DNA of 64,000 nt from Schizochytrium sp. TIO01 (taxonomy: Eukaryota; Protista; Bigyra: Labyrinthulomycetes), in the NCBI GenBank assembly GCA_004764695.1, contig SMSO01000032.1, positions 2,232,001 to 2,296,000 on the forward strand, in the 5' to 3' direction. The translations under genes were made by a program, and so were the position numbers. The notes below the pieces were generated by a model. That model saw only the letters and a program-made list of their open reading frames with translations. It searched no databases and was not told where the DNA came from. Within the stretch, counting starts at the first letter, position 1. Every line of letters begins with the position of its first letter. Below, one piece after another: positions 22,320 to 35,019 of this stretch.

Positions 22320-23476
22320 ATGTTTTATGCATAATGAACCTTAAGTTGTAGCTAATGATGCTATTTCCATTAAGCATTCGTAGCCTCGCTCAAAGCTGTC
22401 CAAAACACTGTTCCCTCGAGGATCAGAAGAACTAAGCAGTAACTATTGTTACACCAGCTATCTGATGACTATTGAGGATTTAAGATGTAGGTACTGTTGA
22501 AATTAACATATACTGTGGGTTGAACACCACGTAATGCAACATTATATACGCTATCTTCAATGGGTTTGAGAAGATTTTTCATTTCCAACACTCTTTTGCA
22601 AGAATATCTGTGAAAATACTTTATTGTTAAGACCAACATCTGTAGGAGGCTATTTGGTGCTAATATTGTCATCAATATACAATAGCAAAGGCCAAGCAAT
22701 TTGGTTTTAAAGGTAGGTATGCGATTTTCTCTAGTACCTTGATGAGCATCTTCCTCACTAAGTAGCATAAGAGTTGTCTTATCACATGTAAACAAGTTGA
22801 TGTTCCTCTATCCAATCAGAGTTTGTTCCCTGGTATCAATCTTACGGAATCAATCGCGCCCTGGCTACTTCCTACAGAAAACGTGGTAACATGCATAATA
22901 GAAGAATCCACATGAGCAAGTTCTTTTCTTTAATAATAGTAATAGCTTTATTTAAATACAGCTCATTTAACTCTTGAACTTCTCCTACACGCTTATAAAG
23001 TCAGATACCATAGTATAGGGAGCAGTTACGCTTAAGATCATAGCTCTCAATATAGAGCAAAGCATATTTTCAACTCATAATTTGGACCTATAGCCTGGGT
23101 AAGCTAAAAAGGCTTGCAACACATTTAAGTATAAATACCTTGTACGCTAACAAAGGTTATTTAAAGCTCTGACTTCGTTAACCATTGTTTCATGAAGTCT
23201 ATGCCAAACGTGACCGTGCAAACCAAAACAAGAAAGCTCATTCTCTACATTTGTAGAATGCTTCCTGCTAACATGTTACTTAAATGCAACATTTCATATC
23301 ACGTTACCCATGTAATGTTATCAATCGGATCTTGTCGTGTGGAAGAAAACAAATCGAAAGGTAGTGTCATTCTGATAAAGAATAATGTTGTGTCATATTG
23401 TTCTTGTGTGGAAGCTGACAGATTAAAAAAAATGTTTTGTCATTCTCGTGATCACAAGAATATTGCACAACACTAA
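22320..23476 (+). mobile_element. Degraded MULE transposase with SWIM zinc-finger remnant
   Basis: Collinear fragments: VVANDA (about 22345), AIFNGFEKIF...VKILYC*DQHL*EAIW (22550-22660; CxxH region), an ES-like motif (about 22900) and CSC-x9-[F]CH (23399-23443; SWIM spacing with a TGT>TTT change). Many stops. Confidence 0.45.
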
Positions 23477-24057
23477 GTCTGCTTATCTCTGGATCAGATT
23501 GATAATATACATACAATAGTTGACAAGACAAGATTTCAAGAGAGGTATGCGATGAAAATATTTCGATATAAACCAAGAGCTTCATATGAAACAGAAATTT
23601 GCTCACCGGCAAAAAGCCAATGTGAAGCTAGTAGGCCATAGCGCGTGCGCTATTTGTCTTGTGTTTGTTTGCAATTTGAATATTTTATGCACTAAACAGG
23701 AAACGAGCGTAAGCATGTCAGCAAATTCACGAATATATGTATTTTAGCACACTAGATGACTAAGGCGTTAAGTGATCTGGTGCATATGAATTTTCCAAGG
23801 AGTAGACCACTTTACAGGTTCAAGTAATCATGGGAGTATGCAGAGTTAGGTAAAATCTGTGACAAAATTTATTGTAAGGTTAAATTTAGACAACCTTGTT
23901 TGTTTGTTTCGTATTGTTTGATTAGTACCCTCAACAGTAGAGTGCTTGCATATAACCGGCGTGGTGATGAGGGATGGCCCTTTTGGCGCTTTGTAGGAAG
24001 AGTTTGAGTTTAGGAACTATAGAATCAGTGCAGAGGGGTGCAATTTGGCCAAATTGT

Positions 24058-24798
24058 TTAAATGATGTTCCACTTGTGCTCGAAAGCATTCATAATGCGA
24101 CCAACAGCACATGCACCAGAAAGAGGGTATTCGGAGACGGAAAGGAGGGCCTCAGCATAATCAGCCTCGATGTGACCATGAGCAAAGCCACCAAAAATGA
24201 AGACGATGGGACGAGTATCGTCAAGAGCAGGAACGAATTCATGTACATCAACGAGGGTGCCAGTCACAGACATGCCAAAAATGCGAGCATCAGGGGGAAG
24301 GTGCCGAGTGATGGGGTTCTTGATGACCTTCATCAGGGTTTTGTTTCCATCCACAGCGCGAATCTTCATCTTGTGCAAGAGCTGAACCATGAGACCTGCA
24401 AAACGCTTAAAGGTACGCGGCACACGAAGGTGCTCGGAAACCTCAATGAGGATGTTTTGGCAGGTGCGGATATAAATCTTGAGATGGCCAGACTTGTTAA
24501 GCGGGCTATCAAGAAGTGCCAATAACATTTGGTGTGAGATATCCGGACGCGAGCGCGACGGGTCCTTGTTGAGTTTCTTGTGAAGACCAAGGTGATCATC
24601 ACAGTTGAGGAGTTCGTAGCCACCCTTGGAGGTCTTTACAGGCTCAAGAGTGGCATCATCGATAATAACAATAACTTTTCGGACCTGACCAGTGGTCTCC
24701 ACGCGAGCTTTCTTGTCTTCACCTGCAACTTCGTCTTCAGCAGGGCGCTTCTTCGATTCTGGCGCCGGCGACTCCGGTGAAGATGGTGTCGAAGACAT
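24058..24798 (-). CDS. EMG1: 18S rRNA pseudouridine-N1 methyltransferase Nep1/Emg1 (SPOUT)
   Basis: LLNCDDH, RPDISHQMLLALLDSPLNKSG, RVPRTFKRFAGLMVQLLHK, GGFAHG and SVSEYPLSG motifs. Confidence 0.97.
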   Translation of the reverse strand: MSSTPSSPESPAPESKKRPAEDEVAGEDKKARVETTGQVRKVIVIIDDATLEPVKTSKGGYELLNCDDHLGLHKKLNKDPSRSRPDISHQMLLALLDSPLNKSGHLKIYIRTCQNILIEVSEHLRVPRTFKRFAGLMVQLLHKMKIRAVDGNKTLMKVIKNPITRHLPPDARIFGMSVTGTLVDVHEFVPALDDTRPIVFIFGGFAHGHIEADYAEALLSVSEYPLSGACAVGRIMNAFEHKWNII

Positions 24799-25747
24799 TT
24801 TTCACGCAAGCAATCCAATACCGAACTCGTGGGAGATGAGACGCACCACAATTCCACACAAGCTGGGATCCCGCAACTGGTTTTGGCAGCCCTCAGAGGA
24901 GTGATTCGGGTGCAATTTCAAGTGAGTGGTGCGGGTCCTGTCATTCTACCCTCCACCAGCGAACCGCAAAGTGGTCTATCAAGAGACCTATCAAGAGACC
25001 TATTTATAAGTATAAGTGGCTCAAATATTTTGCATTTTTAATGAGAGGAAAACTCATCAAGGGATCTGGCTTTGGGAATGGGTTCCAAGTTAATGTGCAG
25101 GGAACTTGATAGAAAATAGAAAAAAATCGCGTCATGCGCAGATAGATAAGGAGAGAAAGAGAGATATGCTATTGAGAGTTAAATACAAATATTAACCAGC
25201 AAGGGACGACCGTCAGGGCGGGAAAAGAGAGTCTGACGTAGTCGCTCGTAAAGCGGGATTGTGACGCAGGCTTTGTTGTCCTGCACAAGTTCGGGCCCAA
25301 GAGATCAACTTAAAGAACAACACATCTTAATAAGTGGGTTTGGTCGATATTTGAAGACCCTCGTGCGGAACCTTATCCTGCACGAGCGCTGAGAGTGCTT
25401 GTTTCGGGTCCTGTGGGGACGACGTCAGCAAGGTCAAACTGCTGTGCTTTCATCATCCCAGGTGAAACAACGCAGTGTTTTTTTTGTCCTTGTGCAGAAC
25501 ACTGCAACTAGGTTCTGGATAGACTTCTCAAGCGCTTTGGGGAAATTGTATGCAGAGACATACACTGAGCAAACGCTGTACAAGTAGCGCACACCCAAGT
25601 TGGCGTGTGTTGAAGTAAGTCCTTTTGCTCAAAGGAGATTACTTTTGTTGACGGCGGCTATTAATTGCTTAAGCAAGGTCTTCATTTGCTTTCGCGTGTT
25701 GTGGGAGCAAAATTGAAGTTATTTCACCGGCGTGCAGCTTCTAAGGG

Positions 25748-26551
25748 ATGAAGGTGATTGTAGCAGGCCCTCCCAAAACAGGGACTACTTCTGTGGCAGC
25801 AGCTCTCCGTGATCTAGGTTATGTGGTTTTTGATGCTGACGAACAGGTTGGACTTTTGCTAGACGACTGGCATGAAATTCTATGCCATGGTGAGCGTAGA
25901 CCTAACTTTATATCCATGTTTGATGGCGTAGATGCTGTTGTTGATGGTCCGGGATACTATTTTTGGGAGCAACTTTTAGAGGTATATCCCAATGCACTTG
26001 TGATTCTCCTTACCCGCGATGAAGACGACTGGATCGAATCATACCGACGACAGAAGGAGATCGAGTCAAGTTATCGATGGCTGACATGGTTTTCGAGTGA
26101 GTTTGCTCGAGTGTTCGAGGTGGCCGATGCCTCGGAGAAATTTGCGATGGGTTCTGAGCGTTTTGTCCCTTATCTCTATCGTCTTCGTCTGCGACAGCAC
26201 AACGAGCGCGTGCGAACTGTAGTCCCGAAAGGGCAATTGTTAGAATACAGTGTTCGTGATGGATGGGGTCCACTGTGCTATTTCCTTGGTGTGCCTGCAC
26301 CTGATACTCCATTCCCACATGCAAATCAGGGCTCGATAGAGTATCGCCAAGAATTCCGTGAGATACGCAATCACATTCTAATGGGCTTCTCGATGCGTGC
26401 ATTGGCCTTCGTTTCCGTAACATCATTGCTAACATGGGGCTTTCTCCATTTGACTGGGGCCAAACCAGATCTTTCGTTGCGTTCGTCTTGCTCGTGTTGT
26501 CATTCATCAAGTCTCCCTGGGTCAGTCGATATCCAGCCTATGTCTTCTTGA
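25748..26551 (+). CDS. Sulfotransferase-like P-loop protein (Sulfotransfer_4 family) with C-terminal TM
   Basis: MKVIVAGPPKTGTTSVAAAL..LGY, DAVVDGP, YPNALVILLTRD..DW..S, HNERVRTVVPKGQLLEY..RDGWGPLC.FLGVP.PDTPFPHAN. Confidence 0.9.
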   Translation: MKVIVAGPPKTGTTSVAAALRDLGYVVFDADEQVGLLLDDWHEILCHGERRPNFISMFDGVDAVVDGPGYYFWEQLLEVYPNALVILLTRDEDDWIESYRRQKEIESSYRWLTWFSSEFARVFEVADASEKFAMGSERFVPYLYRLRLRQHNERVRTVVPKGQLLEYSVRDGWGPLCYFLGVPAPDTPFPHANQGSIEYRQEFREIRNHILMGFSMRALAFVSVTSLLTWGFLHLTGAKPDLSLRSSCSCCHSSSLPGSVDIQPMSS

Positions 26552-27828
26552 GTTTGAGCGACATTAGTCTAGCTAAGCTGCGATGAAATAGCACCAATCG
26601 TCTGAACGAAGTCGTTGGGTAGTTTGCAGAAACAGTGCCCGGCCTTGTATATACCAGCACGGTTAAAGCCCTTCAAAACATGCGACATATGTTAAAATTT
26701 TTATTCTCTTTTTAAATATTGAGTAGTACCTGAATTAGATTTTCCAATACAACTCATATTCTTTCAGTAAACTAGACATAATGCAATTAGCCCCTGAAAC
26801 ATCAGGATGACATGTTGTAGGATGTTTTATAATTAGCTAGCTTTCTATTACCTTTCCCACACTCTTACTATTTATTTGGAATGAGAAGCACTGTTAAAGT
26901 ATTATGAGCTAGATTATATTGCCGACGATTGTAGTAGTCGCAAGTCCCAAAAAGTGACCATAGTGAGCTCAACAGGCCAAAAGCACAAAAGCAAAGAAAA
27001 CTTAATTGAATCAATTATTTATTATTTAAATACTCCACCCCCCTATCTCCCTTTCCACTAGTTGAGACTTTAATGTATTCGAATAAAGGCCATGAGCTTA
27101 ATCCTTTATATCACGAGGCTTGTGCAGGCCTATGCAGTGGTTTTTTCTACTGGAAGAAAGGAAACAAAGAATAGAATCCCGTGATGAGGCGTAACGGATC
27201 CCCAGTCCACTTAAAAGAAAAAAAAAACATCTGGTTTAGTCCTACTTGTAGTAAACGGTATGTTGACGCTGCTGAAGAGTGCTGCATAAAAGAGTCTTAT
27301 GATTTCTTCAAAAGGGAATAACTTAAGATAGGAAAAACTGTATTATGATACACGCAAGCGTCTTAACTGCGACTTTTGTCTCATTGTAGGTTAAGCTTCG
27401 TTCAGAGTTTTTTTTACAGACCCAAATGCATTCTTCCATGAGCTTATTTGTTGGAAAATAAAATCTTCTATTTCTTCTTTGACATGAACAGATTTGTATC
27501 TCAAGCATATTAAAAAGAAAATTTAAATGTTATGTCCGTTTGTGACGAATGTAACAATTTGTCAAATGAAGATATCTTGACATGCTTGCTCCTTTTTGCT
27601 CGTCGTACGACATGAAAAGCATACCTTCGTCCGACACGTTTTAAACAAACTGGTATTTTTATAGTGGGTCAATTACTTAATATGGTGTAAATCATAATTC
27701 TTAAACTCCTTTAAACCTTACAGAACAGTAATTCACTGGCCTGTTGACTGTTACTCAATACCCGAACGCAGGATATCCACTAACTTAATTTTGCAGTTGG
27801 CAAACGAGTTTATAATTGTAGTCCTATC

Positions 27829-29698
27829 ATGGCGCAGGTTGCACCTGATGTAGCGACAAAGAGCCTCATCGGTGATGCACTAGATAGCTCTCAGAATGCA
27901 ACAAAGATTGAAGCCTCTCGACAAACAGCTGATGGCCTTCTGTTTGAGCTAGAATTGCGTAATCTCGATCGCTTTGTAAACATTAAAGCGGGCACATGCC
28001 GCTCAGCCCAAAAGCAAATTCTTCATGGATTTAATGCTCGATTTTCATCTGGTGAGCTTTGCGCTATCATGGGAGGTAGTGGCGGTGGAAAGAGCTCTTT
28101 GCTTTCTGAAATTTCTCAGGGAAATCCAAATATGTATCTGAATGGACACGCCTTACCAACAAAGTACAAAAAGATGGTTTGTGTAATTCCACAAGCGGAT
28201 ATCCTCTTTCCTGCCTTGACGCCTCGCCAAGCACTTAGATATAGTGCGATGCTGCGTTTACCAGCCAAAACTAATGCATCAAAAATCGAAGGTGTAGTTG
28301 ATCGAATTATAAAAGATCTTGGACTCACAAAGTGTAAAGATACACCAGTTGGAGATGATAATGTACGAGGTGTAAGTGGAGGAGAACGCAAGCGGGTTTC
28401 AATTGGAACCGAGCTTGTAGTGAATCCCAAAATTCTGCTGGTCGATGAGCCTTCGTCTGGTCTCGATTCTACTACTGCAGAAAGCGTAGTGGCAGTTTTA
28501 AGCAGGCTTGCCAAAGAAAAGAATCAAATGGTGATTTGCACAATTCATCAGCCCAGCTACAAGTTATTTTCAACTTTTGATAAGCTACTAATGCTTCATC
28601 ATGGACGTGTAGTCTACCATGGACAAACGAATGAGAGGTTACATAGCTATTTTTCATCTATTGGATTTAAAGCCCCTGAATATGAGAATCCTCTGGACTA
28701 TTATATGCGCATTTTGCAGGAAAGAGACGAGGAGGACCAAGAATTTTTTGCGAATAAGTGGGCTGCGCTTGATGATGATCAACACAAAGAGATTGATACC
28801 GAGAGACATCCTGATTCAGTGAACAGCAAGCCTGTTTCAGATGAAGAAATGCAGAAAATAACAGCAAAAAATCCATGGTTGCACCAGTATAAGACGCTTG
28901 CACGACGCTTTGCAGATGATACTCTGCGAGATAAGCAGAAGTTTGCGCAGGCCTTAGGTATGAAACTTGGAGTTGCCATAATGATGGGAATCGTTTTTAT
29001 TGACCAAGCCCGCTCAGATGATTACGCGACAACTTTTACACGAACATCGCCTTTATTCTTTCTTACTATCTCTGGTGTTCTTGATACAGCCTTTGCTGCA
29101 ATTCTTCTAATTCCTCTTATTCGCCCGTTGCTTGTTCGAGAGTATCGTAATGGGGCATACTCAATCTCAGCATTGTTCATGGCTCAAATTACGAATAGCC
29201 TTCTTTTCGACACTATCTCGAGTTTATCATATGCTGTGGCAGTTCCTATGGTCGGACTTTTCCCATCTGCTGGCCAGTTTCTCACCTATTTGCTCACCAT
29301 GTCGCTGGTATCAGCATTTGGATCTGGTCTAGGATTGCTCCTAGGCAGCACTAGCAAAGATGTTCAAGATGCCCAAAACAAGATGATTCCAGTTATTATG
29401 CCTCTGTTGCTCTTTTCTGGATTTCTCATTCCTCTCGATCAAATCCCTAAAGTGTTCAGGTTTCTGTACTATCTGAGCCCCTTCCAGTGGGCTCTAAGTG
29501 CTTTGCTTATTACAGAATTCGATGGAGTTGAGTTCTCAGACAAAAGTACTGGCACAAAATACCTGGAATAGTCTTGGTTTGCATCCCGAGGACATCTGGA
29601 GAAATTTGTGCATCCTTGCAGGGCTGGTTATTGCAATGTTAATTTTCGCATTCGTTCTTGTGACATTGTCAGTTCAAAGGCAAGCAAAGCAAACATAA
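27829..29698 (+). CDS. ABCG (White-type) half transporter, paralog 1; +1 frameshift at about 29565-29569 before the last TM helix
   Basis: Walker A GGSGGGKS, signature VSGGERKRVSIG, Walker B LLVDEPSSGLDS, TIHQPS, ABC2 TMD. The final TM (SLGLHPEDIWRNLCILAGLV...QAKQT*) is in the +1 frame and aligns with paralog 2. Joined product about 622 aa. Confidence 0.92.
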
Positions 29699-29906
29699 AA
29701 CTTCACAAGCTATATAATTAGTAATTTGTTACAGAAAAAAATAAGAAATTCTGAAAGAATGTTACATTCCCTAATTATTTGGGTTTTCTTTCCTTGCAGA
29801 GCTCCAATGATCTTCTCCACAAGTTGCATAGAACGTTCGGAACACTATGCAGGGGTCATGGAAAGTCAACTTTCATATACCTGTGTTGACATTGCTCTTT
29901 CAGAGT

Positions 29907-29978
29907 TCCGACTTAGCTCAGTGGTAGAGCGTTTGACTTTTAATCAAATGGTCGTGAGTTCGATCCTCACAGCCGGAA
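29907..29978 (+). tRNA. tRNA-Lys(UUU)
   Basis: Cloverleaf: acceptor TCCGACT/AGCCGGA (one A-C mismatch), D arm GCTC/GAGC, anticodon stem TTTGA/TCAAA with loop CTTTTAA, T arm GTGAG-TTCGATC-CTCAC. T-run about 20 nt downstream. Confidence 0.93.
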
Positions 29979-31603
29979 ACCGGAAAAAAATATTTCTTTT
30001 TTAGAATTTACTTTATAAATATTTCTCTCTTAGTTGTCAATTTTAATCATATTGATTTCGCACAGAGGTATTTCTCAGGTAGATCGACAATAAATCTTAC
30101 CCAGGCTATGTGGATAAACCAAGGTAGAGAGAAAAAGAGGGGTGTAGATTAATTGGTCTATCATGATATTTCCCCTTTGTTTCCTATATTATCCTGTTGT
30201 CAGATTTTTGTATATATGCCCTAACCAGGAGCGCCCCCAGGGGCATCCGCTAAAGAAAATGTTAAGCAAGAGGTGACTTTTACTTGATTTACATCGTAAA
30301 TCAATTAGGTCACTATTAATATTTACCTGCTGTTATGTCTAGGTGAGTAGATAGACCTAGATAGACCTAGCTAGATAGCGATGAGTAACAAAAAAGATAT
30401 TCATTTTTAAAATTTGCCTCTAGAGAGTGATCCTTCAATTTAACTCTTATTAGGTTCTTAACTTCATCTGTCTGTTACTATAGTTGATGATCTGAGCCCG
30501 GGTACTACTGCAACCATAGTAAAATACCATGAATTTGCACATTAGAGAAATAATCAATCCAATCCTATTTCCATCCGACATATCTTGCTCATTATCTATT
30601 CCTGATCTAAAACCATCATTAAAACTAGAATAAGGTGCAATTGCTTACTGTCAAGCTTTGAGTCAGTAAAAGATTTATCCAAAGTTCCCAGGTAGCAAAT
30701 GTGCTCACATTTTTACTATCAAAAGGACTTCTTTCTCACCACTCAACTTCCTAGCAAACAGAAATGTAGGATCTAAACGGTATTTCAATATCCAAATTTT
30801 AGACCTGGAGGGTTGTTTGGTGTATAGAGTCGTTCAGTGCGACCATATGTTTGTCAATTCGAGTGAAATATTAGATCTTTAGGTTTCTCTAGCTCAGAAG
30901 GATAGGGATGATTAGAAATATGGAAACTCAGGCTCGTCTCATTTGCCAGTGCTTTCGTTTCAGAATCGCCTTGCAGCCCCGAGGATATATAAAGTTTAAG
31001 ATATTTTCAGTTATCCTATTGTTACGATGTTACGACCCTACCCTTGTCTTCTCTCAGCTCTCATTAGGCACAGATTTATGCTGAGGTAGTCATAATATCT
31101 CAATCCCAGCATAAGTTGTTAACTTTCTGTTCTTCAAATACTCTGTACCTGTTTGAGCAACTCGGAGTAGAAGCTGTCATTCTTTGCACTATCACTACCG
31201 CAATCTGTCTTCTATAAAGCAGCTGTTGAGCATCCGCATTTTAATGCATTCTCTCTCGCCGAAATTCTGTGATAGCAGTCCATAGTGACTTTTTTGCTAG
31301 TGTGTGAACTAATCTGCGCAGGTGAGCGTGTCTATGTCCGACGATATACATCCTCTGTCCGATGTGTCTTTCGCCGACCATTGCATCTCCGAGTCGTTGT
31401 GGCATTATTTTGCGCGTGCTGGAACATGCGATGCAAACGTGATTGTGTTGCGGCCAAGACTTAGCCTAACGCGAAGATAGAGAGCCATCCAAGGCGGATG
31501 AAGGAGCGAGCACCCATGACTGACGTGAGATAAGCAGACCTTCTTTTTATGATTTTAAATTAAGTCAGTTATTCAATTTTAATGAGAGGGTGTACCATCT
31601 AAC

Positions 31604-31631
31604 GATTGATTGATCGATTGATTGATTGATT
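31604..31631 (+). repeat. (GATT)n microsatellite, imperfect
   Basis: gattgattgatcgattgattgattgatt is visible. Confidence 0.8.
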
Positions 31632-34600
31632 TATGAGAATGATTGACTGGAGACAGAGGGTAAATGCATGAACGAATAATTGACCGGATAACCTCCATTT
31701 AGTGTGGCCAACGAAGCCCTCACCACTTCGAGGCGACTCCACTTCCTCAGTTGCAAAGCCAGAGCCGTGATCATCTGGAGGATGGGGTGTCTTTGCTCTT
31801 CTTTTTTCTCACTCCGGTCACATATACATATATATATATATATACGACACCTGCTGAGCTCTAACTAAGGCCCATAGCGATGCGAAGACCTTATTTTATT
31901 TTATTTTTAAAATTAAAACATTAAAGAAATATATCATGACCGGCCTACATAACGGGAAAAGGGAACAAAAAGTATGACCTCCAACTTGAATACCGCATTG
32001 TTCAGATACCTACCTACCTGCCTGCAAGTAATACCTGCCCTGCTATATTGAAGACGGCCATAAAAATGCGAAAGGCGTAGCCAAAGAAACCACCGTTCAT
32101 CCTAGCGAATCGAACACCAAGAGCTTGTATGATTATCATCGGTCACCAAACGTTAAAGTACCATGACAGAAATATACACAAGAGGTATAATATATCATTC
32201 AGTTAGTCTTAAAAGAATAACAATTGTGACTTGTACGGTAGGAGGTGCCTAGCTACTACTATCGATAGCCTACCTAGCACTATGAAAAGGAAAGAAGGAA
32301 GCAAAACCTTACGACAAGGCCTCTTCACTCTTGTCGCGTTCAACTCTCTGGAGAGGTAGACCTGCAGATTTGGAACGAACAAGTCTCAAGAAAGAAGTGA
32401 ATCGCTGTAGACAACGATGGCAAAGTCTCAAAAGCTGTCCCGAGAAGGTAGTTCGGCGAGAGTATAGCTCGAAGCTGCTAACTACATTTCTCCTCCTGGG
32501 AATTAGATTAGCAGCTGACAGGCATGAACACTAGAGTTCAATGTGGCAGGCGTGAAAGCGAAGCAAAGGCTGCTTTTCTTTTGAATGCGAAGGTCCTTCG
32601 ACAAAGAAGTAGAAGAAGGTCTTCAAACACTTGCTTCTCTGAGCTAAATAATTTCATTTCTCTCTCAGGAGACGAGTCACTCAGCCTCTGAAGGTGCACA
32701 AGAGAAGAAAAACTTAAATATGTACTTTTAACTCTCGACTCGGAACAGCCGACTCGGAACATGCCACACGACATGGAAGAAAGCTCACTGTCGCGTAGTA
32801 CAATGATCATCGTCATTATCTGCAGAGCCACCACAACCGCTTAAGGCAGCAAGGCACTGAGGATAAACGGGCACATGGGTGTAGGAATGACAAATTAAGT
32901 GCTACTTCTACAATCTACTAGCAGTTAACTACCCATAGGGGAACGTTCCGCGTTATAGTTTGGTAAACTCGAACGCACCAAATGTTAGTCAAAATACCGA
33001 GAGGTTCATTTATTCATTCATCGCTCTGTATCCGCAACCAAACTAAACATGTTCTGTGTTCTCTGGCTCAGCACGATGGATTAAACTCATGATGCACCAT
33101 CTTAGACGATCCTGGAAACTCCATGGCTGTGATTGTCATGATCTTCAATGCCGTCACTCACTTTCTAGGTATTTAGGTATATGTTATTTAACTCAAGTAT
33201 CACAGAGTCGCAGATGCGCACGCAAAGCGTCAGTATAGTATCGTCAGTGACGCAGCGAAACAAACTTCGTGCAAGAGACTTTGAACTTTGGCAGCCGAAC
33301 TGACGCCTGAGATGAAGTAGAACATGATTTGCAGAGCTATCGAGATGAAGAATGAGCGTCAGAGGGTGGTTTCTTTTGCAGCGGAAAGCAGATAGTACTT
33401 CCTACCGATCTACCAACCTCCGTTTCTACTTGATAGGAATCTTGACTTCAAGCAAAAACATGATCGATTTTCTGAATTTATCAAAAAGCTGAAAGTTCTT
33501 TAGAAAATTGTAATTATAAAAATTAAAACAGACCCTCAGGCTACCACTGGGGGTTAAAAAGAGAAAAGAATAAGGAATAAAATGGCGCATCATACACACC
33601 AATGGAATTGTTTTCGTCATTGTTTGAGGTTTTGGTGCAGGTATTTTCAACCTGGTGTATTTCTTACAAGGCCTTCTTCACAATATTCTATAAGCTGACA
33701 CTGGTTTTGGAAACATTTGTAGCTGGCTGGCTGGTCAACCTCCATGGATATGCTAAAATATGTACCAACTTACTTCAAAGCGATAGATAGCTTAGCTACC
33801 TAGCTAGTAGGTGCCTACGAGTAACTAGCCAGCTCGAAAACTTTGGCGGCTCCAAGATGTTAACGACCTACTACCCCTGTACCTAGCTAGGTACTAAACT
33901 TGAAGACTAAGTGAACAAAGAAAAGAGGCCAGACAAGGATAAGTAGAAGAACTTTGCTGAGAACCGTACAGAGTTCCACAAATTGTTGGACTCACCTCTT
34001 TTCTACATTTCGACTCTGAGAAAACCAGGCAAGACAAAACAGTCCTATGATAATACTAATTATTATTTTTTATAAATTCAATAACAACTAAATTACAAAA
34101 ATGTTTTGCTCACTCTTAATAATATGATGGTTTTTTCTTTTAATTTAAGCACTATTCGGGTTTAATTAATGAGCTTTTAGGCTGCTTTAGAAAGTGAAAA
34201 AAGGTTTTGGGGAAGAGGAAGAGTTACTTATTCTTCTTTCATCGTGTTTGTGCAAAGTTAATAAGGTTTGAAATACACAATGCAAAATAAAGAATAAAAA
34301 ATAGATTGTGAAAATACCTTTCGAGAAAAAAGAATTGGAACCCCAAAAAACTGTTCATCTCTCATGATAATAGTTTCCGCCTTAGAAGTACTTATATGCC
34401 TAAATAGCACTTGAAAGAAGGTAAAGTTTCCTTTAAATTTTAGGTAGCTAGGTCCTGCAATTTCATTTCCTCCCATCGTATGCGCAATTCTGCAAACCCC
34501 AACCTCGTGGTACAGAGAGAAATCGCAAAACCATTTGTGCTCGTCACCAAAACCGAATTGCAAGTTGACAAAAGTGAAGCTGCTCAGGCCTCGGGTCACC

Positions 34601-35019
34601 TGAAAGGGAGTCTTCATCGGATTCTGTTTTGCGGACGTTACTATCGAGCTGGAGGGGGTCTGTCTGAGCTCGTGTTTATCACTGTCTATAGCCAGCTGTA
34701 CGCCCCCAAACGTAGTAGGAAATAAATCTAGCAAGCCCACAAATATTTTCGAGGGGAGGCAAAACCGCAACTCAGGTTGCAAATTTTGCTCACACGGAAC
34801 AAGTTGTGGCTAGCTAGTTCATAAGTCAGCTAACTAAACAATCGTCTGCGTGAACTCCAGATACTCTTGTGAGCAGTTGTAGCGGAGTTTGAGATCTGTT
34901 CGAGCACTGAGAACGATCTGCGAGACATCCTTTGCAAACAGCAAATCGCAGGGTCGAGGCGGTGTATTTCTGACTGGTGGCGCGGAAACGGCGCGTAAAG
35001 TTCCAAGTAAAGTGCCAAA

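Noticed and set aside
23974-24525. 183-aa + strand ORF
   Set aside because: Antisense shadow of EMG1.
31681-31820. MITE bounded by TGACCGGA/TCCGGTCA
   Set aside because: Only an 8-bp inverted repeat, no target-site duplication and no second copy in the window.
34258-34782. 174-aa minus-strand ORF upstream of ABCG paralog 2
   Set aside because: Non-ATG start, runs into AT-rich sequence, no recognisable domain; likely promoter or UTR sequence.
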